A model generated the notes under the pieces. The model was not told the origin of the DNA and searched no databases. It saw only the letters and a list, made by a program, of their open reading frames with translations. A program made the position numbers and the translations under genes. From Stegostoma tigrinum (Eukaryota): a stretch of DNA of 64,000 nt. The stretch covers positions 2,780,689 through 2,844,688 of the forward strand of contig NC_081369.1 in NCBI RefSeq assembly GCF_030684315.1, given 5' to 3'. Numbering within the stretch: position 1 is the first letter of the stretch; each line of letters starts with the position of its first letter. Below, piece by piece: positions 1-13,292 of this stretch.

Positions 1-299
1 ATGCTGTTTAGGTAATGGTAGAACTGGAATAGCATCATTGCGTGATGCATGCATGAAGTATTTTGGAAATACAGAAACAGACAAACGTTTGAATAGAGAA
101 TGGGTTTTGACAGAACAGTTTTCTGTCAGCAGGTGGAATTGGGGATGGGGTGATGAGGGGCGGTTGATAAACTGAGTACATCAGAGATTAGGTTTAACTC
201 CGAAAAGTAAAATACCCGACTTTAAAGGAGGCTATTTACTTTGGAATTGGAAAATGGTTTGATGTGTTAGTTGTGAAAGCACTTGGCAATTAATGCATT

Positions 300-490
300 G
301 ATGGCCAACGGCCCAATGGTATTATCTGGAGACACATGTTCAAATCCCGCTGTGGCGACCGTTTTCCAGATCTGGAAAAGATCTTTCGTGGGAGAAAATC
401 GCCTCCCTTCTCTGGTCTGGCCTGTATGAGACTCCAGACTCATTGTAAAGTGGTTGACTCTTAACTGCTCTCTGGGCAATTGGAGATTTT
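300..490 (+). mobile_element. Deu-domain SINE (SacSINE1-like) fragment
   Basis: ctggtctggcctgtatgagactccagac...tggttgactcttaactgctctctgggcaatt is the same family as the better copy at 45565-45910 (-). Confidence 0.55.
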
Positions 491-670
491 GATTTATTAT
501 TGTCACTTCTACGGAGGTACAGTGACAAATGTTGTTTTACATGCTTTACAAGTACATCGGAACGTACAGGTGCATCAGGGTAACAAGATGCATGTTCGTC
601 CGTCCCTTTGTTTTGCTGTTGGAATGTACTAGTAGTGTTTTAATACATATTTCCATCAATTTATTCGCTA

Positions 671-900
671 TGCCACCAACTCCACATCTGCCCGATCAGT
701 TCCTCACTCTCCTCTGCACAACAGGGGAAATTCATGTAGTTTGGTATACATCTGAGATCAACGCAACAGAAGTGTGGAAAGAGGGGAGTTTGTTTAAAGT
801 TCCCAGTGTTCTCAATCGTGTGGAGAGCGGATCGGCTTTCCGTGCTAGATTTTCCACACAACACTCAAGCCCCCAGCTAGTGTCAGTTACACGATTCAAG
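671..900 (+). pseudogene. Degenerate C1-set exon of receptor pseudogene A (paralogue of gene 1 exon 3)
   Basis: Reads PPTP-HLPDQFLTLLCTT-GEIHVVWY...KEGSLFKVPSVL, then after a frameshift C*IFHTTLKPPASVSYTIQ. This matches gene 1 C1 (PPTP..TLLCAT..EINITWY..KEGLYQISSYL..CEISHVSLYVPANDSY). The acceptor is TA instead of AG, the donor is G|at, the GFFP segment is deleted, and there is an in-frame TAG. Confidence 0.85.
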
Positions 901-2309
901 ATGAGAAATGTGAGCCTTTATTACTGTTTCTCAGACCCTAGTGTTGTGCGACATCCCGTGACCTATTTGATTCATTTTTAAAGTGTGATAGTGAAAAGCG
1001 CCACTGTCTGTAGCTTTTGCTTTCTTTTTGGCGAGGAACCTGACAACATGGCGTGATGTAAATTTGGTGGTACAACTTAGAATGCGGACTATAAATTTCG
1101 TAGCTAATCCATTTCATTCTCATGGCCTGAATTATTGACGATAGACCAGTGACATTGTGCATTTATTAGACATCACTTCATTTCACAGCATCCATGGACT
1201 TTCTACATCAAGATTTTTGCATGGCTTCTAATGACAGATGCAGAAGTGCAGGTCAAAGAATTGTTGAGAATCAAATTAAAAAAGACTTTAGTTCGATTCA
1301 GATGTGATCTAAACTCGATTTACATTTGGGAGGTTGCATAAAGTTTGCTTTGGCAATGTAATCGAAATAAACAGGGCTCATGACAGGTATGTTGGGGTAT
1401 AAAATAAGCGTGAGTAATAGAGCAGAGAAACTGCTGTCATTACGTTCAGAAAACTAAACGCCTGAAATCACTGGTATGACAGTGTAACAAAATCTAAAAT
1501 ACTGGTTGACTAATAGAGCCAAATCAATAAAACAAAATGGCTTTAATTAACCTGTCATTAGTAAGTGTCGTCTTGATTCTGTAACCCAGTCCTGGGCACT
1601 TGGTGAGAAAAATCTGAAGAATGTCCATCGGTTACTATACGTTTAAAAGAAAATTTCCAAAGTTATTGTGATTTCAGCATTTAAAATGGATAAACGTCAG
1701 AAGGTATTAATTACACAATGAAGGGGCCAGACTGTGTACATGTAGGTTTTATTTATCATCCCATTCCTTTTATTAAAGTCAATTGACTTTTTCCTGTATA
1801 GTTGTGGTTAATTTTTGAGCCACAATACAATAGTTGGCCGGTGTGCAAAAGCCTACCTAGATCCTCAAAGGAGGTGGGCTCTACCTGCTGCGTGTGTTGG
1901 TCACTGTTTTCAAAACGATCTAATTCTCAGCTGTTTCTATTATTTTTGTCTAATTACTTTTCTGTAATTTACACAGAGCTATTTAATTAAATTTAATAGA
2001 CACAATGATACTTAGAGATATGACACACAAATAAACAAACTTGCAGCAATATAGTCACATACATACTCTGAACTTGATTAACATTTGAAAATTATTCAGA
2101 ATTGATAGTCACGTTATATGTTATCATCTGTCACATTTTGTCAGGCTCAACTTTATCCCGAATAATGAATCAGGTGGAGCGTGCGTTGTACCCTCCATGA
2201 GAGACGATGTCCAAGTTATCGTCCTGGCTTTTTATGGTAAATTTGCTTTATTATTTATAACAGTCTTCTCTGCTGAATGGAAACATTCAACTTCTCCTGC
2301 ACCTTCCAG

Positions 2310-2429
2310 GCAACGGCAACCGTAACTTTCCAGACGCGTTGGTGCCTGAATGTGCAGTGGACGGGTTAATAGGTTTATTGTCTCTTGTTGCAATTCTTGT
2401 CAAGCGACGGATATCAGGCAAAACTGCAG
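2310..2429 (+). pseudogene. Transmembrane exon of pseudogene A
   Basis: Polypyrimidine acceptor cttctcctgcaccttccag|; 120 nt, phase 1-1. Reads GNGNRNFPDALVPECAVDGLIGLLSLVAILVKRRISGKTA with donor G|gcaagt. Aligns to the gene 1 TM (VAGCAVAGLLLLVLVIVVILCK). Confidence 0.75.
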
Positions 2430-2489
2430 GCAAGTTCTGATAGAACTCTGTTTAGTTGTTTTGTTTGGTCTACTCATTGTTGAAAGTTG

Positions 2490-2670
2490 TAACAGGGACT
2501 GGGTAAAATCCAGACTCAGATCTAGATATTCAGAGCAATGCAGATATCATTCAGAATGCTTGGCTTTCCTGGGTCTCAGTGCTCAAAAGCAGGCAACGCC
2601 TGAAGAGGAACCCTTAAGAATAATATGTCCATATCTCGATATTAATGTGAACCAAGGCTTTGGTCTCTAG
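2490..2670 (+). pseudogene. Possible cytoplasmic-tail exon remnant of pseudogene A
   Basis: Directly follows the TM exon and is conserved with 47523-47700 (-): ATPEEEPLRIICPYLDINVN vs ATSENEPFRTICQHLSIKVN. Splice acceptor not defined. Confidence 0.35.
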
Positions 2671-3129
2671 AATAAATGCCAATGATAATGTAGCTAGTCT
2701 AGATTAAATACCTTTAATGCTGAAACAGGGAAGGGGATCAATCGTGAATGAGAAAGTGTGAAATGTGCATTTGCAAAAGAATATATTGGACTTTAGACTA
2801 AATCGAATCCATAAGTCGAACCTGATGTTATTTTCTATTGATGTCAAATGTGGCCACTTTAATCCAATATTGGGGAGCTCTTCATGCATCAATTTCATGA
2901 TAACTTTTATTGTTGATATGAGTTTCATTCTCCAATAGGAACAGAGATTACTGAGGACGTACCAGACCAGCTGGAGCCACAGGTTAGTTTCATTCTCATC
3001 CAATCAGAACTTAAAATATGGTGCACCTTGGCACCATAATTATAGGAATTGCACTGAAATAGCAGAATTGTTTTCCGTTATGGCAGAACAATCCGTGAGT
3101 CTGGCCGAGTTAGCGTATCTTTTACTTCG

Positions 3130-3250
3130 CTGTGGCGCAGTGGTTTAGCACTGCTGCCTCAAAGCGGTAGGGACCCACGTGTGACTCAAGCGTTGGGTGA
3201 CTGTCTTTGTGGAGTTTGCACATTTTTCCCGGGTGCTCAGAATGTCGCTG
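3130..3250 (+). mobile_element. 5' fragment of HE1-type V-SINE
   Basis: tRNA-derived head gtggcgcagtggtttagcactgctgcctca...gactgtctttgtggagtttgcacattt. Confidence 0.75.
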
Positions 3251-3659
3251 GGATAGCGTTTCTTTTACCTCGTTATCTTTCTACCCATTGCTAGTGGAAT
3301 CAGTACCTTATTACTGCAGCAGCAGAACTTGCTTTCAGTTAATCCACCAAATCTCACAGACTTCGATGCTTGTTCTGCTGTTTTCTCGGATCCAGATGGA
3401 CAACTATTCAAATGTGTGAAGGATCCCATTCCAGACCAGTTCTGTTTCAAGCAACATTCTCATCCACAGTCTTGTACACAGGCTCTCTCTGTGTTGATCT
3501 CTGACCCTGGGACGGGATAACCAGCTGAGCTCTTTTCTCTGCCAAGAGCCACTGAGACCAGGGAAGCCTTACTGTAATTCTACAACTTGCTGGTAAGACG
3601 ACATCTGGGGTACTTTGAGCTGTTTTGATCCCCTAATTAAAGGTAATCTATCTTTTCAC

Positions 3660-6375
3660 TGGAAGCAGGTCCAAACAGTTGTCGTGTCTGAATTAATACT
3701 GGTGACAAGTGCAAGTTACAGTAGGAATAGGAGGACTGAGCAGATAAATTTGTGGTTGAGGAGCTGGTGCAGTGGACAAGGATTTCAGATCATTGGAATC
3801 TCTTCCAGGATAGAAGTGACCAGTATAAGGATGGGTTAAACCTGAATTGGAAGGGGATATTCCAGTATATACTGGCGGGTGATTTTCTAGAGCTACACGG
3901 GAGGATTTAAACCAGTTAGCAGGAGACTAGGTAGGACTTAGAGATATAGTGAGGGAAGAGAACAGTCTGAGGCTGGTGTAGCTGGAAAAATTAACCAGTC
4001 AAACAGCCAAGGCGTGCAGGAACAAAGTAGAGAATGAGGTAGGACTGATTAATTAAATTGCATTTATTTCAGTGCAAAATGCTTCACAGATAAGGCAGAT
4101 GAAATCAGGGCATAGTTGGGCATAAGAGGCTTGGAAATCATAACTGTTACTGAGACGTGGCTCAGGGATGGACAGGAGTGGTAGCTTAATAATCCAGGGT
4201 AGAGATGCTTTGGAAGGATAGGATACTGGGGTGGGAGGGGTGAAGAGAGGAGTGGGAGTAGTGCTTTTAGCTCATGAAGTTATTTGGATGGAATTGAGAA
4301 AAAAGAAAGGGAGAATCACATTGTTGTATTTGTACTGTAGACCTCCTTTCATCTGAGGTAAATTGAGAAGAAAATGGTAAGAAGATCTCAGTTATCTGTA
4401 AGAATAATAGAGTGGCTATGGTAAAGGATTTTAATTTACCAAACATAGACCAGGGCTACCATCATGTAAGGGTTTGGATGAAAAGGAATTTGCTAAGTGT
4501 GTACAAGAAAATTTTCTTATTCAGTATGTGAATATTCCTACTAGAGAAAGAACAAAATACAACTTTCTCTTGGGAAATAAATAAAAGCAAGTGACTGATT
4601 TTTCAGTAGGGGAGCACTTTGGAACCAGTGAGCATCATTCTGTTAGTTTGAAATCAGTGATGGAAAGGGATAGACCTGATCCAAAACTTAAAAGTTCTAG
4701 ATTGAAGGAAAGCCAATTTTGACAGTATTCAGCAAGAACTTTCAAAAGTTGATTGTGTTAGATATTTTCTGGTAAAGGCACAAATGGAAAATGGGAAGCT
4801 TTCACAAATTAGATATTGAGGTCCCAGAGATAGTATGTTTCAGTTTGGGTGAAGGTAAAAGCTGGTAGATATAGGGAAGACTGGAGAAATTGAGTTTCTG
4901 TTCAAGAAAAAGAAGGAAGCATATGTCAAGTATAGACAGCAGGGATTGGATGAATCCCTAAAGGATTTTAAAGGCAGCAGGAGTACACTTGTTAGGGAAA
5001 TCAAGAGGGCTAAAAGAGGACATTTGCTTTTGCAAGTGGAGTCAGTGAAAATCTGAAGGGATTCTACAAACACATTAAACTGCAAAACAGTAACTTGGAA
5101 GAGAATAAGGCCCCTCAAAGATCAGCAAGGCTGCTTCTGAGTGGAATAGCAGGAGATGGGTGAGATACTGAGTGAGTATTTCACATCAGTGCTTACAGCA
5201 CAGCAGGATAGGGAATTTAGAGAATTTAAGGAAATAAATAGCGATATCTTCAAAAGTGTCCATACTGCAGAGCAGCAGATGGAAGATGTCTTAAAATGCA
5301 TAAAGGTGGAGAAATTCCCAGTACCTGATCAGGTGTACCTGAGAACATCTTGGGAGGTGAGGGAAGTAATTGTTAGGTCCCTTGATGAGCTATTTGTATC
5401 ATTGATAGCTACGGGTGGGGTGCTGGAAGACTGGAGTTTGGCTAAATTGGTGCCATTATTTAACAAAAGTGGTAAGGTAAAGCCAGGGAACTATAGACTG
5501 GTGAGCCTGGCATCAGTGTTTATTGTTGTTTATTGTACAAATTGTTGGAAGGGATTCTGAGGGATAGGAATTACATCTATTTGGAAAGGCAAGGAATGAT
5601 CAAAATTGACAACATGGCTTTGTGCATGGGAAATAGTGTCTCACTAAATTGATTGAGATTTTGAAGAAGTGATGAAGAGTATTGATGACTTCAGAGTGCT
5701 GAATGTGGTCAATGTGGACTTCAGTAAGGCGTATGACAAGTTTCCACATAGTAGGCTGGTTAACAAGGTTAGATCACATGGAATACAGGGAGAACTAGCC
5801 ATTGGATACACAAGTGGCTCAATGGTGAGAGACAGAAGGTGGTGGTAGAGGGTTGCTTTTCAGACTGGAGAACTATGACCAGCAGTGTGCCACAAGGATC
5901 TGTGTTGCATCCACTGCTTTTTCTCATTAATATAAGTAAGTTGGATGTGAACATAGGAGAAAAGGTTAGTAATTTTACAGCTGAGACCAAATTTGGTGAT
6001 GTAGTGGACAGTTTAGAAAGTTATTTCAGGGTACAACAGGACCTTGATCAAATGGGCTAATGGGCTGAGGGGCAGGAGATTGGGAATGCTGCTGAACAAG
6101 GAGACTTTGGAGTTCAGGTTCATAACTTTGAGAGGGGAAAGATTTAAAATAGCACTCAGGGGAAAAATGTTCATGCAGAGGGTGGTGTGTGTGTGGAATG
6201 AGCGACCAAAGGAAGTGCTAGAACTGGTACAGTGACCACATTTATAAGGCATCACAATGGATATAGGAAAAGGAAGTGTTCAGACAGATCTTAGATCAGA
6301 TTAATTCAGGATATCTGTTTGACATGGACAAGCTGGGCTGAATGACCTGTTTCCATGCTGTTCATCTCTATGATG
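3660..6375 (+). mobile_element. Degenerate CR1-clade LINE (ORF1 esterase end, endonuclease, RT; internal deletion near 6110)
   Basis: Translated fragments include PGNYRLVSLASV, WRTMTSSVPQGSVL, FTAETKFGDVVDS and FMQRVVCVWN. CR1 3' end ctgtttccatgctgt..ctctatga. Confidence 0.9.
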
Positions 6376-7309
6376 CCACGGCTGTCGGACTACAAACTCA
6401 TGTGCAGAGAATCAACTATTCAGGTTTCCCTTCCATCTCTTGTACAGATTACTATGTTTTTGTAGACAAACCATTTCAGTCCCAAGACATTACTGCAGAA
6501 GATTCTCAACATACTCTGATTGAACCAACCTAATTCCTTTTTTTATTTCATTCTTTCCCATCATAATGTAAGAAGTGGTGATGTTCAATGGCCATTGCAC
6601 AATATTCAAAGCAATTCACAGCTGCTCAGACTTTGAAGCTGTTCATGTTGATATGTGTCCAGCTCTACATTCTGGCTGGAGCTGATAAATGGTAAACAAC
6701 ATCCATGTGAGGTGTGAGGCAATGACCACCTGTAACAACAAAGAACCTTAGCATCTCCTCATAACAGTCAATCACATTGGCAACAGTTACTCTCTGTTTG
6801 GCTAAGCTTCTGTGCTTCTGTGGAAGAAAACCCATCACAACAACTTATAGAATTTAACATCATTCAATGTCAATAATAATGACCATGGTAACTAACCATT
6901 GATGAAAATTTTCATCTGATGCTCTAATGTCCCTCTAGAAGGGAAATAATATATCATTAACATTTCTGACATCTAAGTTAATTCAGGCAAAACAACATGT
7001 GCTGCCTCTTCACTACATTCTTACCTAGTCATTAAGGGAAATTATTAATATGCACCCAAAACTGGAATGGTGCAATCAACCAGCACCCCATAAAGCATTC
7101 AAAAAAGTCAAATGTGAATACACTGTGTAATTTCCCCTCCCAGCCCCACACCATCCTGAATTGGAACTGCAGTAAAAAGCTGCTTCTCCACAGTCACTGC
7201 ATCAGAATGTGGGAACTACCATCCCACATCAGTGTGTATACCTGATATTGATGTCAGATCAAGAATGTGCATCATCAGCATCTTCTCAAGGTCAATCATA
7301 GATGGACAC

Positions 7310-7915
7310 TGTTCTCAGGAGAAATATCAAAAAAGAGTCTTGAGTTCTGTGCTCCATTGCACAAGCAATCTTTAATCAGGGGTCTGTTACCACATATGTG
7401 AGTAAGGTCAGCGTCCACTCTTAATCTGACTTTCATGTGGCGCCCAGTTGCCCTCTTAAACACAGCTCGGATCATAGGTTAATGACACACTGGGTTCCGC
7501 AGCAAAATGCAACATTTTTATACTTTTGCATTGCCATATTTAAATGTAACACTGATGCAATTCTTAGTCACACCCCCTCGTCTGTACATCCAATCCAGTG
7601 AACATGCAATCAAGGATGAACGGCTCTATCGACAACCCTAGATCCTCCCATAATATCATGATGTCTACCAGATCATCCATCATCTGTCTTTGGGATCGTA
7701 TAATGCTTCTGACAATTATATTCCTTCCCAGACATTTGCCAGCTGCACCACACCATTTACCAATAACCTAAATAGCCGCTTATCACTAAGACGACTTTCA
7801 AATTCTGAACTAACTTTAGTATGACACAAGAATAGGGATATTACTTGCTACAAATTGTTACAAAGTCTCTAACATCAAAGCTAAAGTTATGATCACAGCT
7901 GACAAATTGAGAACA
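7310..7915 (-). mobile_element. 3' LTR (606 bp) of an LTR retroelement, preceded by a polypurine tract
   Basis: Bounded by 8-bp terminal inverted repeats TGTTCTCA (7310-7317) and TGAGAACA (7908-7915). On the - strand the PPT gggagaggggg (7916-7926) abuts the TG start, and ATTAAA lies near the 3' end (7371-7376). Confidence 0.7.
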
Positions 7916-7926
7916 CCCCCTCTCCC

Positions 7927-9280
7927 AATTCAGCCTGAGAGATCAAATAAACATTCCTTATGACATGACGGCATTTTACAACTCCTGCTATTTGTGTGCT
8001 GCAAAATAATTAACAGCTGAAGTTTCATTTTCAATAAATCTTTTCCAGTTCAACTCTCAACACTTTCTATTCCTAATTATATTTTGCTTCCTGCAATACA
8101 TCTATTTGAATTCCATTAATGAGAGTGAAATTCAATCACTTTATAACTTTATCAAGCCATTAAATAAAACTTGTTTAGATTAAACAAGCAACACGGGGAC
8201 ACAACCATATCTTCACTTTGTATGTTGTAATCTATCTCTGACATTCATCACATGACCTTTGGATATAAGAATGTATTCAAGTTATCTACATCTGTAGTTA
8301 AGTTTCAATAGTTTATCTCATGTCAGTCATGATCTCTTTTTTTTACACATTCCACTGCCCTCCTCCTGTGCCAATTTATTTTTTGGCGGTCATTCATAAA
8401 AAATCTCCAATAATGCAATAGGCCTCTATAACGCCAACAAAGATTTCTTCAAGGAGTGCAACTAACCTTTTCACACTAATTTGTTGTTTGCCTTTCTCAT
8501 TCCACAATTACTTAAGCAGTTCAGAACACTGTAGGATCAGACTTTTCCTTCTACTTTTTTTCAAAATAACAAACTCGAGACTGTGGCTAAACTAAGCCCT
8601 TTAAAACTACTCTATATTAAAATACTAATATGTTTAGAACTGCCTGTTTACCAAAGCCTAATTAACTTCCATCATGTTTCTTCCAGAAAGAATCTCATCT
8701 TATCCAATGTATCTGTATGGAGACTACAAATCAAGCTATGAACAGCTGCTGTACGTAACTGTCAAGCCTTTTTGGCCATCTTACATTCACAAAAAATATG
8801 CCCCAAGCAGCCATGATATCAAGTTTTGGTCATGTGCTGCTACAACAGACACTAATTTACAATACTTGGAGACAATAATGATCACATAAATAAATGAAAA
8901 ATCTACTTCCTCCACAATAGCATGCGAAAAAGCAACACAACTTTTCACTTATAGGCATGATACACATCTCTATGTCTCTATTACTTCTTGAAGGTCAGTA
9001 ATGCCTGGGGATTGCTTCTCTCAATCTTTTCAGCCACCACCATTAATGTATACACAAATGAATTCAGGTTCCTTACGTCCAGACCGTTTCTTGTTTGATT
9101 ATATTCTGAATTTTCAAAGCATTAGATGATGCAATATGTAAAGCACCTTGCTGTATCAATGATTAAATTTGTATCAATTCTGTATTTTCCAGATTCCCCA
9201 CAATCCATGAACACTTACCTGTCTGTGTACATCCTGGTCATATTCCTATTTCAGATATAACATCTTTGTGTAACATTGAA
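7927..9280 (-). mobile_element. Probable decayed internal region of the same LTR element (may resume ~10960-12080)
   Basis: Position immediately upstream of PPT+LTR; no intact ORF or clear domain motif, so this rests mainly on context. Confidence 0.35.
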
Positions 9281-9389
9281 GGTCATGGAGTCGCAAAGCA
9301 TGGAACCTTTGGATCAACTCATCCATGCTAACCAAGATCCCAAACTAAACTGGTCACACCTGCCTGCATTTGGCCAATATTCCTTGAAG

Positions 9390-10525
9390 TATAAGTGAGC
9401 AGTAGTGATAAGGGACTCTGAAGTCAGTGGCACAGGTGGGCATTTCTGTGGCTACAAAACAGCATTCAGCATGGTGTGTTGCCACCTTGATGCCAGAGTC
9501 AGGGATGTCTTGAGCAGGGAAAGGACATTTGGAAGGGAGACAGTGAGCTGCCAGGAGTTGTAGTCCAGATTGTTCCTGATGACACAGTCAGAAAGAGGGA
9601 TAAGGTCCTGCAAAGGGAGCTCAGGAGTTAGGTAGAAAATTGAAAAGCAGGACCTCTAAATTTCTATTCTTGAGATTTGTTCTTGTGCAAGCGTCAGTAA
9701 GGCTAGGAATTGGGTAATACTACAGTTAAGTGTGTGACTAAAGAGCTGGTGAAGGATGGAGGGCCTTGGGTACATGGATCAGTGGAATGTTTTCCAGGCC
9801 ATGTGGAACCTTGCACCTAAACTGGAGGGGCACAAATATCCTGGTAAGGAGGTTTGTTAGTGCTATTCTGGAGGGTTTAAACTAGTGTGGCAGGGGGTCA
9901 GGAACCAAAGCAGTGGGTTAGCAAGTAAAATAACTGAGGAAGTGACAGAACATGAGGTCAATCAGGCTAAAAGGAACAACAGACAAGGAGAGGTTACTGA
10001 AAACGATAGGGCTGGACGTCTGTGTTGTAATGTTGAACTGTGAGGAGTATGACAGGTAAGGAAAGTAAACTTAGAACATGGTTTAATACACGTAACTATG
10101 ATGTTGTGGCCAATGCTAAGACTTGGTTCAGAGGTGGACAAGACTGGCAGCACAATGTTTTGGGGTTTAGATGTTTCAGGCGAGATAGAGAGAGAAGAAA
10201 AGTGATGGAGGGTATTTTTCCAAGGGTAAAAATGTCAGCTACTCAGAAACACAGATGTAAAGTAAAAGGGAGAAGTTTAAAGGAGATGTGAAAAACAAGT
10301 TTGTTACACAGAGTGTGGTAAGTGCCTGGAATGTGCAGCCAATAGGCATGGTCGAGATGCACACAATAACAATATTTAAGAGGCATCTTGACACATATAT
10401 GGAAAGGCAGGGAACAGAAGTAAATGAACTGCATAGAAGCAAAAGGATTTTAGTTTAGAAAGCCAAAATGTGTTGGCTCAGTCTTGGTAGGCCAAAGGAC
10501 CTGTTCCTGTGCTGTACTATTCATT
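9390..10525 (+). mobile_element. CR1 LINE fragment (ORF1 esterase, endonuclease start, internal deletion, 3' end)
   Basis: YDVVANAKTWFRGGQDWQHNVLGFRCFRRDR joined directly to 3'-terminal RT/UTR sequence ending ggacctgttcctgtgctgtactattc. Confidence 0.8.
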
Positions 10526-12084
10526 GTACTTTGCTCCTGGTAATTTGTGTATTGGGTAAAAAAGGAAGTTGGTTACGTTATTTGGAGGTTAGCCATTCCA
10601 ACTTCGGGATTTCACTGCAAGAGTTCCTCAATCCAAGCATCTTCAATGATTTCATCAATACCTCTCCATCATATGGTCAGAAGTGGGGATGTTCACCAAT
10701 GATTACGTCAATGTTCAAAGCCATTTGCAACTCCTCAGATACTGAAGCAGTCCCTACTGAAAAGTAGCAAGACCTGTCCAAAATCCAGGTTTTGGCTGAC
10801 AATGCAAAGTAACATTTATTCCATAAAAAATTCCTTCATTCCAAATAATGAAGCTAACCAATGACAGAGGATATAGACATTGCCCCGTGATATCAAATGA
10901 CATCACAATCACTGAATCTCCAACCACTTACAGGAAACTGAATGAAACTAATCACATATAACCACTGTCAATCTACTGTAAATGATTGAATATATTTCTC
11001 AAAATCACCAAGCCAAATCTCTCCTCATACTTTCGGTGTTGATCTTAGTTACACTGAGATTTAAATAGATCTTTTTCAACCTTCATCAAATTTACAGATT
11101 CAAGTAGATCTTTTTCAACCTTCATCGAAGTTTCAGCCGTACTATGGACAATAACCTATGCCCTAATGGTTTCTCAACACAATGCTCTATAAAACTGCTC
11201 TGAACACAATCTAAGGTAAATCCTGAAATATTTATTCTCATTACATATCTCCAGTCTAGTTAGACATTCTACTTGCTAGGTGCACACATATTTCCTGATT
11301 TTTGGCATGCGCAATATTACCACTACTATAACAACACCTTTTGATCATTCCTGCATATTTGCTGTCAAATATTGTTCCTAAGGTCTACTCTCATCTGATT
11401 TAAAACCATGCTTTTCACAATGGAGATGTCTTTCCCAAATGCATTGAATCTATCCCCTTTCTAGCATCACCTAACTCCCTTTCCTGATTGCATAAATTCC
11501 AAGAAGTGTACATATCTGACTCCGTGAGTAAAAATACATAGCCATCATCACCATTCTAACTTAGGAAAGTGTAAATCTCAAGTGCTTTTCGTTAAAAAGT
11601 TCAAAAGTGCATAATTGGCTTTAATATATTGTTTTCTGCACTGATTTGTCCTTGATTATGGTATCAAATTGTCTTTGCATAATGTTAAGTGGTTTGATCC
11701 AAAATTACTAGTTATTATTACATCACATATTTCATTCAAACAGAATAATTATATTCATGTATTCCATTGACCACTGCAAAATCTGAGCTTCAGTTGAGGG
11801 ACAGACATGAAACTCAACAGCTGCCTTTGAATAGCTGTGTGTAAAGGCCAAATAATGTCATCCTGCATGGTTAATCCAATTATTATTGTGGTTTCCTTGA
11901 TTTCACTTCTTGCAGTTATTGTGGCAGCAGCCTATTGCTTCCAAACTGTCTGTAGTTAGAAATAATAAAATGACAAATTAGGAACAGTGATAGTCCACTC
12001 TGGAATGCTGGCATCATTCTTTGAAGTAAATCATCTATGACTCAACTTCAATAAAGTGCATTAATCTAAGACTTGATCTCATCA

Positions 12085-13292
12085 TAGAACATAGAACACA
12101 GAAAAATACAGCACAGTACAGGCCCTTCGGGCCACGATGTTGTGCCATGGATTAATCCTAATCCAAAAATAAAATAACCTAATCTACATTCCCCTCAATT
12201 CACTGCTGTCCATGTGCATGTCCAGCAGTTGCTTAAATGTCACTAATGACTCTGCTTCCACGACTACCACTGGCAAAGTATTCCATGCGCTCACAACTCT
12301 CTGGGTGAAGAACCTCCCTCTGATGTCACCTCTATACCTTCCTCCTAACACCTCAAAACTATGACCCCTCGTGGCAGTCAATCCTGCCCTGTGGAAAAGT
12401 CTCTGGCTATCGACTCTATCCATGCCTCTCATTACCTTGTACACCTCGATCAGGCCACCTCTCTTCCTCCTTCTTTCCAGTGAGAAACGTCCGAGCTCAG
12501 TCAACCTCTCCTCGTAAGACAAGCCATCCAGTCCAGGCAGCATCCTGGTAAACCTCCTTTGCACCCTCTCCAAAGCCGCCACAGCTTTTCTATAATAGGG
12601 CGGCCAGAACGGGACACAATATTCCAAGTGTGGTCTCACCAGGGTTTTGTAGAGCTGCAGCATAACCTCGCAGCTCTTAAACTCGATCCCCCTGTTAATG
12701 AAAGCCAAAACACCATATGCTTTCTTAACAACCTTATCCACTTGGGTGGCAACTTTCAGGGAGCTATGCACTTGAACACCAATATCCCACTGTTCCTCCA
12801 CACTGCCGAGAACCCTTCCTATAATCCTACATTCAGCATTTAAGTTCGACCTTCCAAAATGCATCACTTCTCATTATCCAGGTTGAACTCCATCTGCCAT
12901 TTCTCAGAACAGCTCTGCATACTGTCAATGTCTCGCTGAAGCCTGCAATAGCCCTTGATACTATCAACGACACCTCCAACCTTTGTGTCATCAGCAAACA
13001 TACTAACCCACTCCTCAAACTCCTCATCCAAGTCATTTATAAAAACCACAAGAGCAGAGGCCCAAGAACAGACCCCTGCAGGACACCACTCAGCACTGAT
13101 CTCCAGGCAGAATACTTACCATCTACAGCCACTCTCTGCCTCCTGTCAGCCAACCAATTCTGAATCCAGACAGCCAAATCACCCTGTATCCCATACCTCC
13201 TGACTTTATGAATGAGCCTGCTGTGGGGAACCTTACCAAATGCCTTGCTGAAGTCCATGTACACCATATCCACTGCTCAACCCTCGTCAACC
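12085..13292 (-). mobile_element. Young 5'-truncated CR1 LINE (RT C-terminal half)
   Basis: VYMDFSKAFGKVPH, SGVLQGSVLGP, FADDTKVGG, YKTLVRPHLEYC and FFTQRVVSAWN. The tail is (catagaa)n on +, with candidate TSD ctcatca at both ends. Confidence 0.95.

Larger units (their letters stand above)
605..3120. repeat. Left arm of a diverged ~2.5 kb inverted segmental duplication (partner ~47070-49630)
   Basis: Colinear reverse-complement similarity over exons and introns. Example: 621-680 atgtactagtagtgttttaatacatatttccatcaat vs rc of 49561-49620 atgtactaatagcgttttaacacatatttcaatcaat. ORFs 2704-3003(-) and 47157-47498(+) are homologous. Confidence 0.9.

Noticed and set aside
529-981. 150-aa ORF as a functional single-exon gene
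   Set aside because: Only the middle part is C1-derived; the second Cys lies in another frame next to a stop, and both splice sites are lost.
2704-3003. Similar ORFs at 2704-3003(-) and 47157-47498(+) as a conserved small protein family
   Set aside because: They are antisense to the pseudogene 3' regions and similar only because of the inverted duplication; starts and lengths differ and there is no domain signature.
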